Of a stretch of DNA of 31,165 bases, positions 1-11,355 are shown piece by piece. Both the position numbers and the translations under genes were made by a program. Below the pieces are notes generated by a model. The model made no database searches, had not been told where the DNA came from, and was given only the letters and a program-made list of their open reading frames with translations. Each line of letters starts with the position of its first letter. Positions within the stretch are counted from its first letter, which is position 1. This DNA comes from Priapulus caudatus (taxonomy: Eukaryota). The stretch lies in NCBI RefSeq assembly GCF_000485595.1, contig NW_014577083.1:422151-453315 (forward strand), written 5' to 3'.

Positions 1-152
1 GTATTATGGATCAAATTAAATGCATCATTCTTGACTAGAGTCCATTTCTACCTCTGTTGTCTTGTAGAGTGAACTCAGCTAGATTGTAATTTGTCGCAGT
101 CTGTCGAAGTAGGACCGCTATGCTCGCGTCATCTACTCATAATGCCGGTCTT

Positions 153-164
153 CTTCTCTCTCTC

Positions 165-206
<42 letters not shown>

Positions 207-207
207 T

Positions 208-245
<38 letters not shown>

Positions 246-249
246 CTCT
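153..249. repeat. (CT)n microsatellite
   Basis: Direct reading of ctctct... with a few interruptions; explains the SLSL/RERE ORFs. Confidence 0.95.
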
Positions 250-350
250 GGCGCTTTTCCGTCAGTGTATGTTTCAAATGGTGCGTCATTGTACTTGTTG
301 GTGAGCAACAATTTTATCTGCACGCAGCTTTAGAAGATGCATCAGTTTCC

Positions 351-1505
351 TAACAACCACCACCACACCACAACCACGACCTCCACCACCACCACCCGAA
401 CAACAACACACACAAACAACAGCCACCACCAACGAACCACCAACACCTCACACACCACCAACACACCACCATCACCACATACATAGCGCAACGCTATTTT
501 CGAATGAAAGTGGTAGAGACCGCGCGGCGAACGCAGTCGCGCGCGAAGCCGCTAGGGGCGTCTGGGGGATGCCCAGGAAAATTTTCAAAAATGGTGCTAA
601 TGGTTGCTTCTCCTGCATTCTGGGAGTATTGGACTGGCCCAATAGAATTTACATTTAGAGATCACCTTACATACCGATTTATTAGAGAATAAAATAAAAA
701 TAAGAAAAAAATAAAAAGTTTTTTTGCAAAATATTTTGCAATGCGGTAGAATAGTAATCATTAAAAGCGTAGGCGGTCAAGAAAGTCTCTCAAAAACGTA
801 GTCTACCGGCGTAAAGCCGCCACAACACCACCACCATTACCACCAACCGCCACCCACGAACCAACACCACACACCACCACACCACCACAACACCAACCAC
901 CACACCACCAACAACGAACACCACCACCTAACAACACCACCAACACCAACACCACCACCAACACACCACACCACCCACCCACGCAACAACAACAACACAA
1001 ACAACAACAACAAACAACAATCAACAACAACACCACACACCACCACCATACACCAACACCACCAACACCACCACCACCACGCACCACGACACCACCACCA
1101 AACCACCACCACCAGGGGGCCACCCCATCCACCACCACACCAACCCACCATAAACAACACACCACCACCACCACCCACCACGCACCACCACACTCAAACA
1201 CACAACAAACACGCACCCACCTCAACACCAACACCTACCCACCACCACCACACCAACAACAAACAACAACAACAACAACACAACAACAACAACGACCACC
1301 CACACAACACCACACCCAAGCACCACCACCACACACCCCACACCACCAACACCCAGTCACCACACCACCAACAACAACAAACAACAACAACAACAACAAC
1401 AAACACACAATAACAACAACAACAAAAACAAACAACAACACCACCACCACCACCACCACCATCACCACTACTACCACCACCACCACCAACACCAACACCA
1501 ACACC
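351..1505. repeat. C/A-only low-complexity tract (degenerate CAC/CAA/ACC repeats), interrupted at ~481-820
   Basis: Almost no G or T on the + strand over 351-480 and 820-1505; ends in cleaner (ACC)n. Confidence 0.9.
481..820. mobile_element. Probable non-autonomous DNA transposon fragment inserted in the low-complexity tract
   Basis: Abrupt change to complex sequence containing 'gcgaagccgctaggggcgtctgggggatgcccaggaaaattttc', a motif type common in invertebrate MITEs; clean TIRs/TSD not resolved. Confidence 0.4.
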
Positions 1506-3120
1506 GATGGTGACAGCAGTGCTAATGGTGACAGCAGTATCAGCAAACGCAACTGCAGAGTCAACACCTCTGGAAGAACACTAGCTGTTGCTTGTTGTTT
1601 TTTCTATTGCATGTATGTATGCGTGACCCATCCATTTACGAACAATTAATGTGTGCCGTTGCAATTAAATGATGAGCTACCTGTGGTGACCAACACTTGT
1701 TTTTACCTGTGTTAATTGCACGAACAGCACCTTGCTGAATGACTGCTATAATCAATGTCCATCACTATCATGCTTTTGTTCACATATCCACTGCCATACA
1801 TATGTATACGGAATGCCCCCGCACTATTTTACATTTGTTGGTCTCTATTAGTAATAGCGCAAATGATGACGCGAATACTATTTAGTAATTGTTACGTTAT
1901 CGTTTTTTTGGTGACCATTGTGTACAAGGGTTCTATGTGTACAAATGTTATAGACAGTTTATGAGACACGTCGGGAGGTGCCCGACTGTGTGTAGGCACG
2001 TGATCGTATAGGTGGTAATGTTCTAAACCTTGCGTTGTGTTATTGTTCTTAACCCGTTATTTCGTTTCGTTTCGTGCGCGGACTCACTCTCTTAACCGTT
2101 TTCTTCTGTCTCTCCTCTCGCCGCCGGCGCGGCCCTTTTTATATCGTGCGAGATGCGCATTGCACCAAGCTCTATCTCGGGCCCGTCTGGGCTCAGCGTC
2201 CGTCTTTCTTTTCCCTGGCAACGCAACTACGCAGTTAGGAAACCAAGGGCACGCGTTAGGCGCGTGCTCTGTGCGCTACTAAGGTGTATGTTATAACGAA
2301 AATTCTACTCCATTGTAAGTTAATTAAAACATGGTTGTAGGTTGCGACAACAGGGCCGTATCCAGAGGTTGGGCAGAGGGGGGTTACAAAATGGCGATGC
2401 GAAGCTTCGCCTCTTTTCTTTTTTTTAACATGCTTAGATGCTGTTTCCTGTTTCCACTTCAATTGTTTGTTGAATTCATACAAAATACAGTGTATATCTC
2501 CATAACATCAATCAAATAAAATGAGATTTGTAACAAACTCGTCTCTGGTGTTGGGAATTATGACTAATTATCTCCGTGGTGTGATTCATCCAATCTAGAT
2601 ACTAGGATGATGACCCGTGTCTTGAAATTATAGTGTTAACTAAAACTGTTACAGTAGTAGAGTGTTTCAGTAGTTTACAAACCATCAATGAGTTTTTATC
2701 TTAAAAAAGGTTATATAATTACATTTTAATGGTTACACAAACAAGTGCCGCATTAGCGACAGTGCTCATCTGAGGTCTGCTGCTCTACTGTACTGGCCTT
2801 CGTTTCTGCAAATGGTTGAAGCCTGTTCTATCGCTAAACCGGCTACGTCATCATCAAAACTGTGTAGCATAGGTATTAACACTAAAACTAAACCCTAACA
2901 ATGCATCCTACTTCATACCTGCTCGACTGTCTTGATATAATTCGTGTCATAATGTATCACTAGGCCTATAGTTGCCGCGAGATGGCTCGTGCAAGTGTAA
3001 TCAATAATCAAAGATAGCATCGCCCTTCGTGCATTGGTGATAAGTCAAGAAAGTAGAGATAACCTAATTCTATTGAGTTGCTGAAATTTACAGGCAAAAA
3101 TCCGTGTGTAGTATTAAATT

Positions 3121-3995
3121 AAACACATCTGCATTGCAGGTGTGCATGTTTATTTGAAAAGTGCCAGTTCACCCCCATGCATGAGTAATGGGATGCCCCC
3201 GGGTTTTTGCCTACATTTCGGATGACGGTAGCCACGCGAGCATTCAGGGAGTGTACAGACTGCTTTAGAAAATAATATGATTTAAGGAGTGTAAACCTTG
3301 TTCAACAAACTTTTGTCTTTGCAATTGAACTGCAAATGTAGCCTCACATCCACACAGGTATGGGCTCTAATAATAGCAAAAGCAGTTCAGTCCTTTGTTA
3401 ACAGACATAAAAATCCATGTTTAACCCTCCTCTTGAGGGTCAAAAGGTTATCAGACACTTACTCTTCGCACGTCAGTGGAAAGCATATTTCATTGTCCTT
3501 TCAATAAAGTGATAAAAATGGTAGGTCAGTGCTGAAACAAAAAAGTTTTTCACTCTGTCCGTTAGGCCATGTCCTCAGAAAATGTCTGATATCTGACTTT
3601 TCCCCCACTGCTCTTTGACCTGTGACCTACAATTTCGCACTGGTGATGGGTTTCCTGCCCATCACACTATACACCGAATATTAAGAGCATAGGTCGAGCC
3701 GTTCAGATTTGTGCCACAATTCCGTATTTCCTCCTATACCTTAAGTTAAGGGGGAAATATTCCCCCTCCGTTTACACATCTTGACCTTTGACCCTTGACC
3801 CCTAAATTGATCATTCTGAGTCCTTTTCATGATCCCTCCACGTCCCGAATATCGTGACCGTACGTCGAGCGGTTCAGATTTGTGCCCAACTGTTGACGGA
3901 CGCACGGACGGACGCACGGACGGACGGCCGGACAGACGCACTGACAATCATGCGAGTCTACAAGCTGCATCTGACTTCGTCAGATGAGCTAAAAA
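3121..3995 (-). mobile_element. Helentron-associated non-autonomous element (DINE-1/HINE-like)
   Basis: Minus strand starts TTTTTAGCTCATCTGAC-gaa-GTCAGATG (hairpin), then a (GTCC/GTGC)n microsatellite (3896-3938), then two ~165-bp core repeats containing 'ttgacc...gtcgagc.gttcagatttgtgcc', and ends in a stem-loop cacacctgc-aat-gcagatgtg followed by TTT. Confidence 0.6.
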
Positions 3996-4114
3996 TTAAC
4001 TTTTACCCATTAAATTTGACTAGTTGACACCTATAACCCACTTAGTATCACAATACATTTATTTGTATAGATCCCAATGTAACCGAGTAAGACTCGAGTA
4101 AACAACTGTAGGTA

Positions 4115-4590
4115 TTAAGCAGCGGTGAAAACCATCGTTAGTTCTCCTGCCGCCGGAGAATTAAGAACAAATTTTCTTGTTAGATCACCGGCGCCGGAGA
4201 AACAAGTGTACGTTTTCAGCACTGCGTCTCCGGCTTTGCCCGTAGAAGCAGTGCTGAAAATCATAGTTAAATTCTCCGGCAGACCGAAGTGTCCCGCCGC
4301 CGCTGTATTAGGCGGGAAGACGGCCACGTGGTCTACCCAGCCATGTATCAGGATGTATCTAACCCTAACCCTAACCCTAACCCTAAGCCTAATCTCAGCA
4401 GAATAGGATGTGCAACATCTGTACACGTCTTTAGCAATGTCTGACATCCCCGTCATGTCCGTTGTGTTATAGGACCTAGTTGCCTCTCCAAGGGCTTATC
4501 CGGCATGGAGTTTGGCGGCATAGTCTGCTTTTTGCCGGAGAAGCTAGTTTGATTTATTGGCTTAGTTGTCCGGCTTGCCGAGGAAATAAT
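4115..4590. repeat. Repeat/MITE-like segment with recurrent GCCGGAGAA/TTCTCCGGC motifs and a central (CTAACC)4 tract
   Basis: gccggagaa recurs at ~4151, ~4193 and ~4533, with an inverted copy ttctccggc at ~4272; telomere-type hexamers at 4359-4386; boundaries approximate. Confidence 0.4.
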
Positions 4591-4787
4591 CACTTCGTAA
4601 CAATAATAGGTCAGTGCGCGCTGCCTGTGTTTCTAAGGCCAATCTTAACCGCGCTCAGGTTTAGCAATGAAGTCATCGCGCTGAAGGATATCTTAACAAT
4701 AGGCATAGACGTATGACTTATAACTTAACTTAGAGGTAATTTAATAGATAGCTTAAAATCGCGTAGCACGCGTTGTACGCTGCTACA

Positions 4788-4800
4788 CTCGCCCTCTACC
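4788..4800 (-). promoter_or_regulatory. Polypurine tract of the HP1-CSD element
   Basis: Minus strand reads GGTAGAGGGCGAG immediately before the LTR start TGTAGCAGCG. Confidence 0.65.
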
Positions 4801-5519
4801 AGAAAAAGTTGCTTGCTCTCAAATGGCAGCAACTGTTGTCCTAAATCGCAAAGGAAGCTCATTCATTATACTCGTGATATATAAACTTAGAGTTTCCTTA
4901 ACTAACATAAGTACGTGGTTCCACGTACCTACTTGTACAATTATGTCGCGTATGCCGTTGCGCATAGCGTTTCGCGCTTACAACTAGTTTCAACTACTAC
5001 TACTACTACTACTACGTGAATTCGTGCACTATGATCGCGATATGTAAACTAATCTTTCCTTAACTAAGCTTTAACTAACGTGGTACCCTTAACCAACGTA
5101 ACTAACGCGCGTGTAAACATACAATAGCAGTCGGAATCCAATTCAAATCCCGGAAATAACTCTGATAATCATATTTATGCTTATCGTAATGGCCATAGTC
5201 GCGTTCAAATTAAATCGCACTCAAATTGCACGCGGGCACACAGTGATGATCATAACTCATGACCATCGTGGTAGCCGTTACCGAATCGCATGCGTGTACA
5301 ACACTGATAATCATAGCTGATCATCGTGGTATTCACTCTCGCGTTCCCGTGAAACATGCGCGTACAACACTCACATGCGTGCTCAGTGCTAATTTTACGC
5401 TTAGTGCTAATTTCAAGCCTTCATGAAAAGGGGAGGAGTGGTAGGGGAAAGGCACGGACACAATGGAAGGAGATACAGTGAATCTCTCAACGTTTCGTCC
5501 ATGCGTTCGCCAAGAGTCC

Positions 5520-6070
5520 TTTAACTCTGTTCCTTAGGCGCTTTCCTCCCTCTTGCCTTGCTGCGGCGTATCCTAGTGGCTCCTGTACCATGCCAGTGGG
5601 CGCAATTCGATGCGTCCTCGTTAGAGCCGTTGTCATCTTCTCGTGCAGCCTTGCTCGCTTCACTGCCGTCGTTATAACGTTTATCTTGCGCTGTTAATCT
5701 TCCCTTTTTAACTGCCTCTACTGGAGAATCTGACTCGCTTGATTCCCGTTAAGCCTTTCGCGTCTTGGACGGTTGCGAATCTCGTTCACCGTCCGTATTC
5801 TGCAATAAATCTTCTTCCATGTCAAGGCTTGTGGCTGTACTCTCCGCCTCCGCCAGGGTGTAGATGATTGCGTCATCAGGCTCCTGAGCCTCAAGGTCAC
5901 TCGCAGATGGATCCTTCGCGATTGGATCAACTGCACGAGACATTGGCAGCTGCGGTTGCTCCGTAGAATCCGCTGAAGCCTGCGACTTGGGTGTTGTGAT
6001 GAAGTGACTCCAAGGAAGTTCGTCTTCCTCGTCAAACTCATCATCACTACCGCTGTTGTTGTTTTTTCCT
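5520..6070 (-). pseudogene. Decayed acidic/low-complexity ORF inside the LTR element
   Basis: The frame of ORF 5749-5943 extends upstream (NNSGSDDEFDEEDELPWSHFITTPKSQ...) and, past one TAA, continues RESSESDSPVEAVKKGR...RRSKARGRKAPKEQS*; no recognisable domain. Confidence 0.35.
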
Positions 6071-6396
6071 CTTTTTTATTTTTATAATGTTTTTTATTTC
6101 CAGAAACACATATGTACATTACATTATATTATACGTTATACAGAATATCTACAACACTGTGACTGTGATGGTAACATGGTTCAGTGATGGTACAAACAGA
6201 TAAATGGCATAAACAGTTTTACAAATTAGTGCATATATGAGCGTACTAATTATACTTCGTTACAAGTAGTTCATAAATGAAGGTAAGCATAGTAGTAGCT
6301 GTAGGTCTTGAGCATGAACAGTACAATTTTACTAAACATAATGTTATGTTATATGACAAACATGTATATCCTACTGATATCTTATATATTTACATG

Positions 6397-6447
6397 CACA
6401 CACACACACGCACACGCACGAGTGCGCGCACACACAAACACACACAC

Positions 6448-6510
<63 letters not shown>

Positions 6511-6529
6511 NNNNNNNNNNACACACAAC

Positions 6530-6607
<78 letters not shown>
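6397..6607. repeat. (CA)n microsatellite containing an assembly gap (N10 at 6511-6520)
   Basis: Direct reading. Confidence 0.95.
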
Positions 6608-6610
<3 letters not shown>

Positions 6611-7085
6611 CGCTGTTGTTGTTGTCTGGTGGGTACGCCAATGTCGCTGCCCTCTGGGGTTGACGACGTCTTTATCCTTGCATGGGTTCTGTCCGCGGTT
6701 ACTAACGTACGTGCCTGTTTGCATGTTGTTGACAGTACACTTGCATGTTGTACGTCCCGTCTTCTTCACACCTTTATATACAACTGTTACACACAGAAAA
6801 CGGACTGCCTACAAGATAGGGCTATTGAGAGAATATCTATCTTTTCAAACTTGTACGGATGGCTGCATCCCCGCGGCTGCCTCGCTGCTGCTGCTGCTGC
6901 CACGGTGTGCTATTTTGGTAGGCAGGGCGTGTAGACTGCCTCCGCGTCGCTGGTTGAATCTGCATTCGCCGTGGTGGCGGCTGCGCATACGGTAGAATCT
7001 GATAGTAGCGTTATTGCAATGGTGGCTTCATCGCCACGCATTGACTTGCCATACGGCTTGCTTACTGTTGCGGTGATGGTCGCAG

Positions 7086-7460
<375 letters not shown>

Positions 7461-8010
7461 TTAGATAATAAATGGTGTGGCGGCTTATTCGATATCAAAG
7501 TTAACTATTACTAATAATCAATACACTACGTTAAGCTGAGCACGAATCAGTGAATGTTGCACTTACATTATGCATGCCTTCTAGTCCGGTACGTGGGGAT
7601 CGAGAGAGCATGGGCTGCGTGCTGGTGCGTTGATGCGGGCCGCTGCTGCCGCTCAAGGTCGCGCTGACTGTTCTTGCAGCGTGTTCTCACACGTTCACGT
7701 GAGTTCGGCACTGTCTCTTTGATAGGTTCGCGAAACTTTCTGACGATGTGATGATGATGCCGCTCTAACTGCCACTGCTGCTGTTGACGATACTGCCTCT
7801 GTCGACGTTGACGGTAACACTGACGCTGACGATGACGCTGATGTTACTGCTGTCGCTCGGATGTCGATACACGTACAGTTCTATGATGCGGTGCTAATGT
7901 CATTACTGCTAATGTTAATGTTACTCACGTACGTTCTTCGTTACTCGCTCGCCACTAATGTCTCCTTCTTGTTTCTTGCTCGCACTGCTAACACGCTGAC
8001 TCTTTCCGCA

Positions 8011-8032
8011 CGAATCCTTGATCACGGCGCCA
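8011..8032 (-). promoter_or_regulatory. Primer-binding site, tRNA-His type
   Basis: Minus strand TGGCGCCGTGATCAAGGATTCG, 2 nt after the LTR end TGTACA; + strand CGAATCCTTGATCACGGCGCCA resembles the metazoan tRNA-His 3' end (CGAATCC..GTCACGGCACCA, recalled). Confidence 0.75.
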
Positions 8033-8034
8033 GA

Positions 8035-9070
8035 TGTACAGGGGTTCTATGTGTGCAAGTGTTATAGACGGTTTATAAGACACGTCGGGAGGTACCCGAC
8101 TGTGTGTAGGCACGTGATCGTATAGGTGGTAATGTTCTAAACTTTGCGTTGTGTTATTGTTCTTAACCCGTTATTTCGTTTCGTGTTTGCGTTTTCGCTT
8201 GAAGGATGTCAGCTTCTCTTTGTCCCTCGTGCGACGTAAGGCGAGTAGCGAATAACTTCACAGTAGAGATAACACGTCTTGTTGTAACAGACATTTATTC
8301 TACGTATAGAACTACATGACTTGACTACGTGATTACACAAAGACGGCTGAATTGTCACCACTGCCCGCGCGCCGCGCGGACTCGCGGTGTCAACCCGCGC
8401 GCCGTGCGCGGACTCACTCTCTTTACCGTTCTCTTCTGTCTCTCCTCTCACCGCCGGCGCAGCCTTTTTATATTGTGCGCGATGCGCATTGCACCAAGCT
8501 CTATTTCGGGTCCGTCTGGGCTTAGCGTCCATCTTTCTTTTCCCTGGCAACGCGACTACGCAGTTAGGAAACTAAGGGCACGCGTTAGACGCGTGCTTTG
8601 TGCGCTACTAAGGTGTATGTTATAACAAAAATTCTATTCATTGTAAGTTAATTAAAACATGGTTGTAGGTTGCGACAACGCTAGGATTAGGTCAATATAA
8701 CATAAATAGATCAGTGCGCGCTGCCTGTGTCTCTATAAGGCCAATCTAAAGGGGGGCTTATGTCGGGCTTGCGAGCCGACTCGACTGGAAGCAACTGGAT
8801 TTTGAGCAACTAGAAGCGATCGGCAGCGACTAGTTGCGTCCGTGCGTTCATTGCGACTAGTTGCAGTGAATTGCAGCCAGTTGCTTCCAGTCGAGTCGGC
8901 TCGCAAGCCCAACATAAGCCCCCCTTTAACCGCGCTCAGGTTTAGCGATGAAGTCATCGCGCTGTAGAATATCTTAACAATAGGCTTAGACGTGTGCCTT
9001 ATAACTTAACTTAGAGGTAATTTAATAGATAGCTTAAAATCGCGTAGCACGCGTTGTACGCTGCTACACA
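8035..9070 (-). repeat. 5' LTR of the HP1-CSD element (~860 bp plus a 176-bp MITE)
   Basis: Matches both halves of the left LTR; TATAAAAA at 8472-8465 and AATAAA at 8299-8294 on the minus strand are in the expected U3-R order. Confidence 0.85.
8750..8925. mobile_element. Palindromic MITE, TTAA target, AGG...CCT termini (Kolobok-like)
   Basis: ~50-bp TIRs AGGGGGGCTTATGTcGGGCTTGCGAGCCGACTCGACTGGAAGCAACTGG; flanks CTAA / TTAA; the empty site ccaatcTTAAccgcg is visible in the sister LTR at 4645-4648. Confidence 0.85.
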
Positions 9071-9348
9071 CCATTTTTATCAACATCAGTTCATATACGC
9101 CTGATGTTGGAATCTGCCTCATCATACAAGCACTAATTAAGATAATATTTGTATCCTCAAGGTTATGGGAAAAGACCATTACACTGCGTGGTAGCGCTGC
9201 TGCTTGCACTTCCTTCACTTTCTATCACACACGAGCGTGAATCTTACAATACTGACATTTTTGGCGCAATCAGGGTTCGTAGCGGGTCTTCCAAAGTCTT
9301 ATAAGTACTTATTTGGCCAAAAATAAAATAAGGACTCTTATTAGTACT

Positions 9349-9905
9349 TGTAATAACGAGTTCTTAACCGTCTGTTATCCGTGATCGTATTATTGGACTA
9401 CGTATATTCTTAGAGATATCGCGGATACATAAATTACCCAACAATGCAGGTACGTTTTAAAGCACACACATTTTTACTGGTCATGAATTACTATAACATA
9501 TATGCCCAGGTAACTGAACAGAACGTGTACAGATTCGTACGCGACATCAAAGACATAACTAACATATCGGATGGCACTGATGGTTACACACGTACAAGCC
9601 TAGCGTGAACCGAGACGTAACTGGTCAGGAGAGGGTGCGGACCGCGCGTACAAAGATTATATACTGCATCCATTCCCATTGTTTTAGATTGTTCATGCGT
9701 TTCACCTCGGCTGCTGCCATTGGTGGAGCTGTTCCATTGACCTTTGGCCACGCCTTGGGTAACTCTTTCATTGGTTGACAAGTACGGGGTTAGCCTCGCG
9801 TCGGTGACCCACGTTTACACAAAGGCCTGCCCCGTACAATGATTAATTTTGGTTATGATAAACTTATCACATTTGTGTACTACTACTTACTATTTCTGTA
9901 TTACA
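9349..9905 (-). repeat. 3' LTR (557 bp)
   Basis: TGTAATA/TATTACA termini; roughly 95% identical by eye to 20938-21485; TATATAA on the minus strand at ~9663-9657. Confidence 0.95.
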
Positions 9906-9918
9906 TTACTCCCCCCTC
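9906..9918 (-). promoter_or_regulatory. Polypurine tract of the Gypsy element
   Basis: Minus strand GAGGGGGGAGTAA directly abuts the LTR start TGTAATAC. Confidence 0.9.
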
Positions 9919-10179
9919 GGAAAAGTTGGGAGCCGTACTAATGCGGCAAACAACTTCTGTAAAAGTTGTCATGCATTGACTTTAATACGTATTTTATATT
10001 AATTTTTGATATTATTATTTTATTTTAGGTCGTTTAAAAAAAAATTTGTTTGATTTTTTTTTTGCCCTTCACCAAAACATTATCTATTTATTACATATAT
10101 TTTTATTTGATTTTGTATTTTATTATCCTTTTATTTATTTGAATTTTTTTAATTTTAATTTTTAATTTATTTAATTCCG

Positions 10180-10803
10180 GCGCAGTTGCCTTCGTCGTTG
10201 TCCTCGTCCTCCTCGCGGTCGTCGTAGTCGTCGTCCTCATGGTGTTGGTCGTCGTCTTCCTACTCCCACCTGCAGAATTCGTCGTCGTGGTGGTCGTCCT
10301 CCCATTCGTCGACGCTCACCCCGGCCGCTGCTGATTTATGAGTGATACACCCAGTAGCGGCGCCTGTTCTATGGGGACGACAGCAATTGTTGTCTCGTCG
10401 TCGTCGCGGTGGACGACGGTCTATCCCGGATTGCTAGCCCTGTACTGGCGGACATCTGCCCGGAACGCAGCCTAGCTGGTGTAGCTGGTTTGCTGGTCCG
10501 TGCCCTTGTATATTAGGCGGGGTGTTGGGGTGGGGGCCCGCCGGTCGGGTACCGGGTCGGTTGGGGCGTGATGTTCGCTCGCAGTGCCTGCCAATCGATG
10601 AGCGGCGCGATGCTGGCCTTCTGCGTTGGCAGCACGTAAAGTGGCTTCGGGGAGGTCAAATCGCGCTGCGCTCTCCACGCTAACGGAACGCCCGACGGGG
10701 TGCTGTGCTCTTGGTGCTGTAGCGGTGCAGCGCCTTTGTCAGAGTCGCTGTAGTATATTATTTCCTGTTCCACGCTGTCGCTGTCGGAGTTGCTGTGGTT
10801 CAT
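10180..10803 (-). pseudogene. Candidate accessory ORF between env and the 3' LTR (Ser/Asp-rich start, Pro-rich middle, Arg/Asp-rich tail), decayed
   Basis: 96-aa ORF 10513-10803 starts at acaATG; GC-rich coding-like sequence continues to ~10180 between AT-rich flanks. Confidence 0.4.
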
Positions 10804-10925
10804 TGTCTTTGGTGGTGTTGCTATTTACTGCATGTGCTCAAAAGAGACTTGGTTAGTATACTATGCTATATTGCCCGTTTCTGCAATTATGACATTGGTA
10901 AATGGCACTCTGATAATACCGTGCT

Positions 10926-10927
<2 letters not shown>

Positions 10928-11013
<86 letters not shown>
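10928..11013. repeat. (CA)n microsatellite inside the Gypsy 3' region
   Basis: Direct reading. Confidence 0.95.
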
Positions 11014-11015
<2 letters not shown>

Positions 11016-11158
11016 AAAAACAACGCAGCAATATACGGTTAAAACATGTGCGTTAGTGCGTCATAAAAATAAATGGAAAGCTACTGGTAAACATGGTGCT
11101 ACATACCTGAACACACGTGAAACATACTGTGTAATACATTGTGCAACATACCTTGAAA

Positions 11159-11254
11159 TTATATCGTGAACATATAATGAAGTTATATCGTGAACATATA
11201 GTGATGTTATATCGTGAACATATAGTGATGTTATATCGTGAACATATAGTGATG
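11159..11254. repeat. 24-bp tandem repeat x4 (TTATATCGTGAACATATAGTGATG)
   Basis: Four near-perfect copies read directly. Confidence 0.9.
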
Positions 11255-11355
11255 TGCACCTTCGTGCGTGATACAACATGTGTCTGTTAGGTACAGGGTG
11301 ACAAAATACATCGCATGTGCATCGTTATCCTTACAAACTATGGAGCATTCTTAGT

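Larger units (their letters stand above)
1919..4787 (-). repeat. 3' LTR of the HP1-CSD element, split by a ~2.25-kb insertion (2351-~4597) and missing ~215 bp
   Basis: 1921-2350 matches 8035-8678 except that ~8184-8402 is absent; ~4598-4787 matches ~8698-9068 minus the MITE. I count 7 substitutions in the first ~114 bp. Confidence 0.85.

Noticed and set aside
91..1567. Many ORFs rich in SL, RE, V, W, C or G
   Set aside because: Translations of (CT)n and C/A-only low-complexity DNA; the scrambled tract may also include consensus errors.
4359..4386. True telomere or fusion site
   Set aside because: Only four units, embedded in a repeat element.
6277..6934. HT/CV-repeat ORFs (also 10790-11169 and 23312-23938)
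   Set aside because: Artefacts of (CA)n microsatellites.
8109..8153. tRNA-His gene or tRNA-derived SINE
   Set aside because: Only the 5' half, with insertions; the 3'-end match lies upstream (permuted order), includes CCA and is the PBS; no B box follows.
11159..11254. CRISPR-like array
   Set aside because: Head-to-tail repeats with no unique spacers, in a eukaryotic context.
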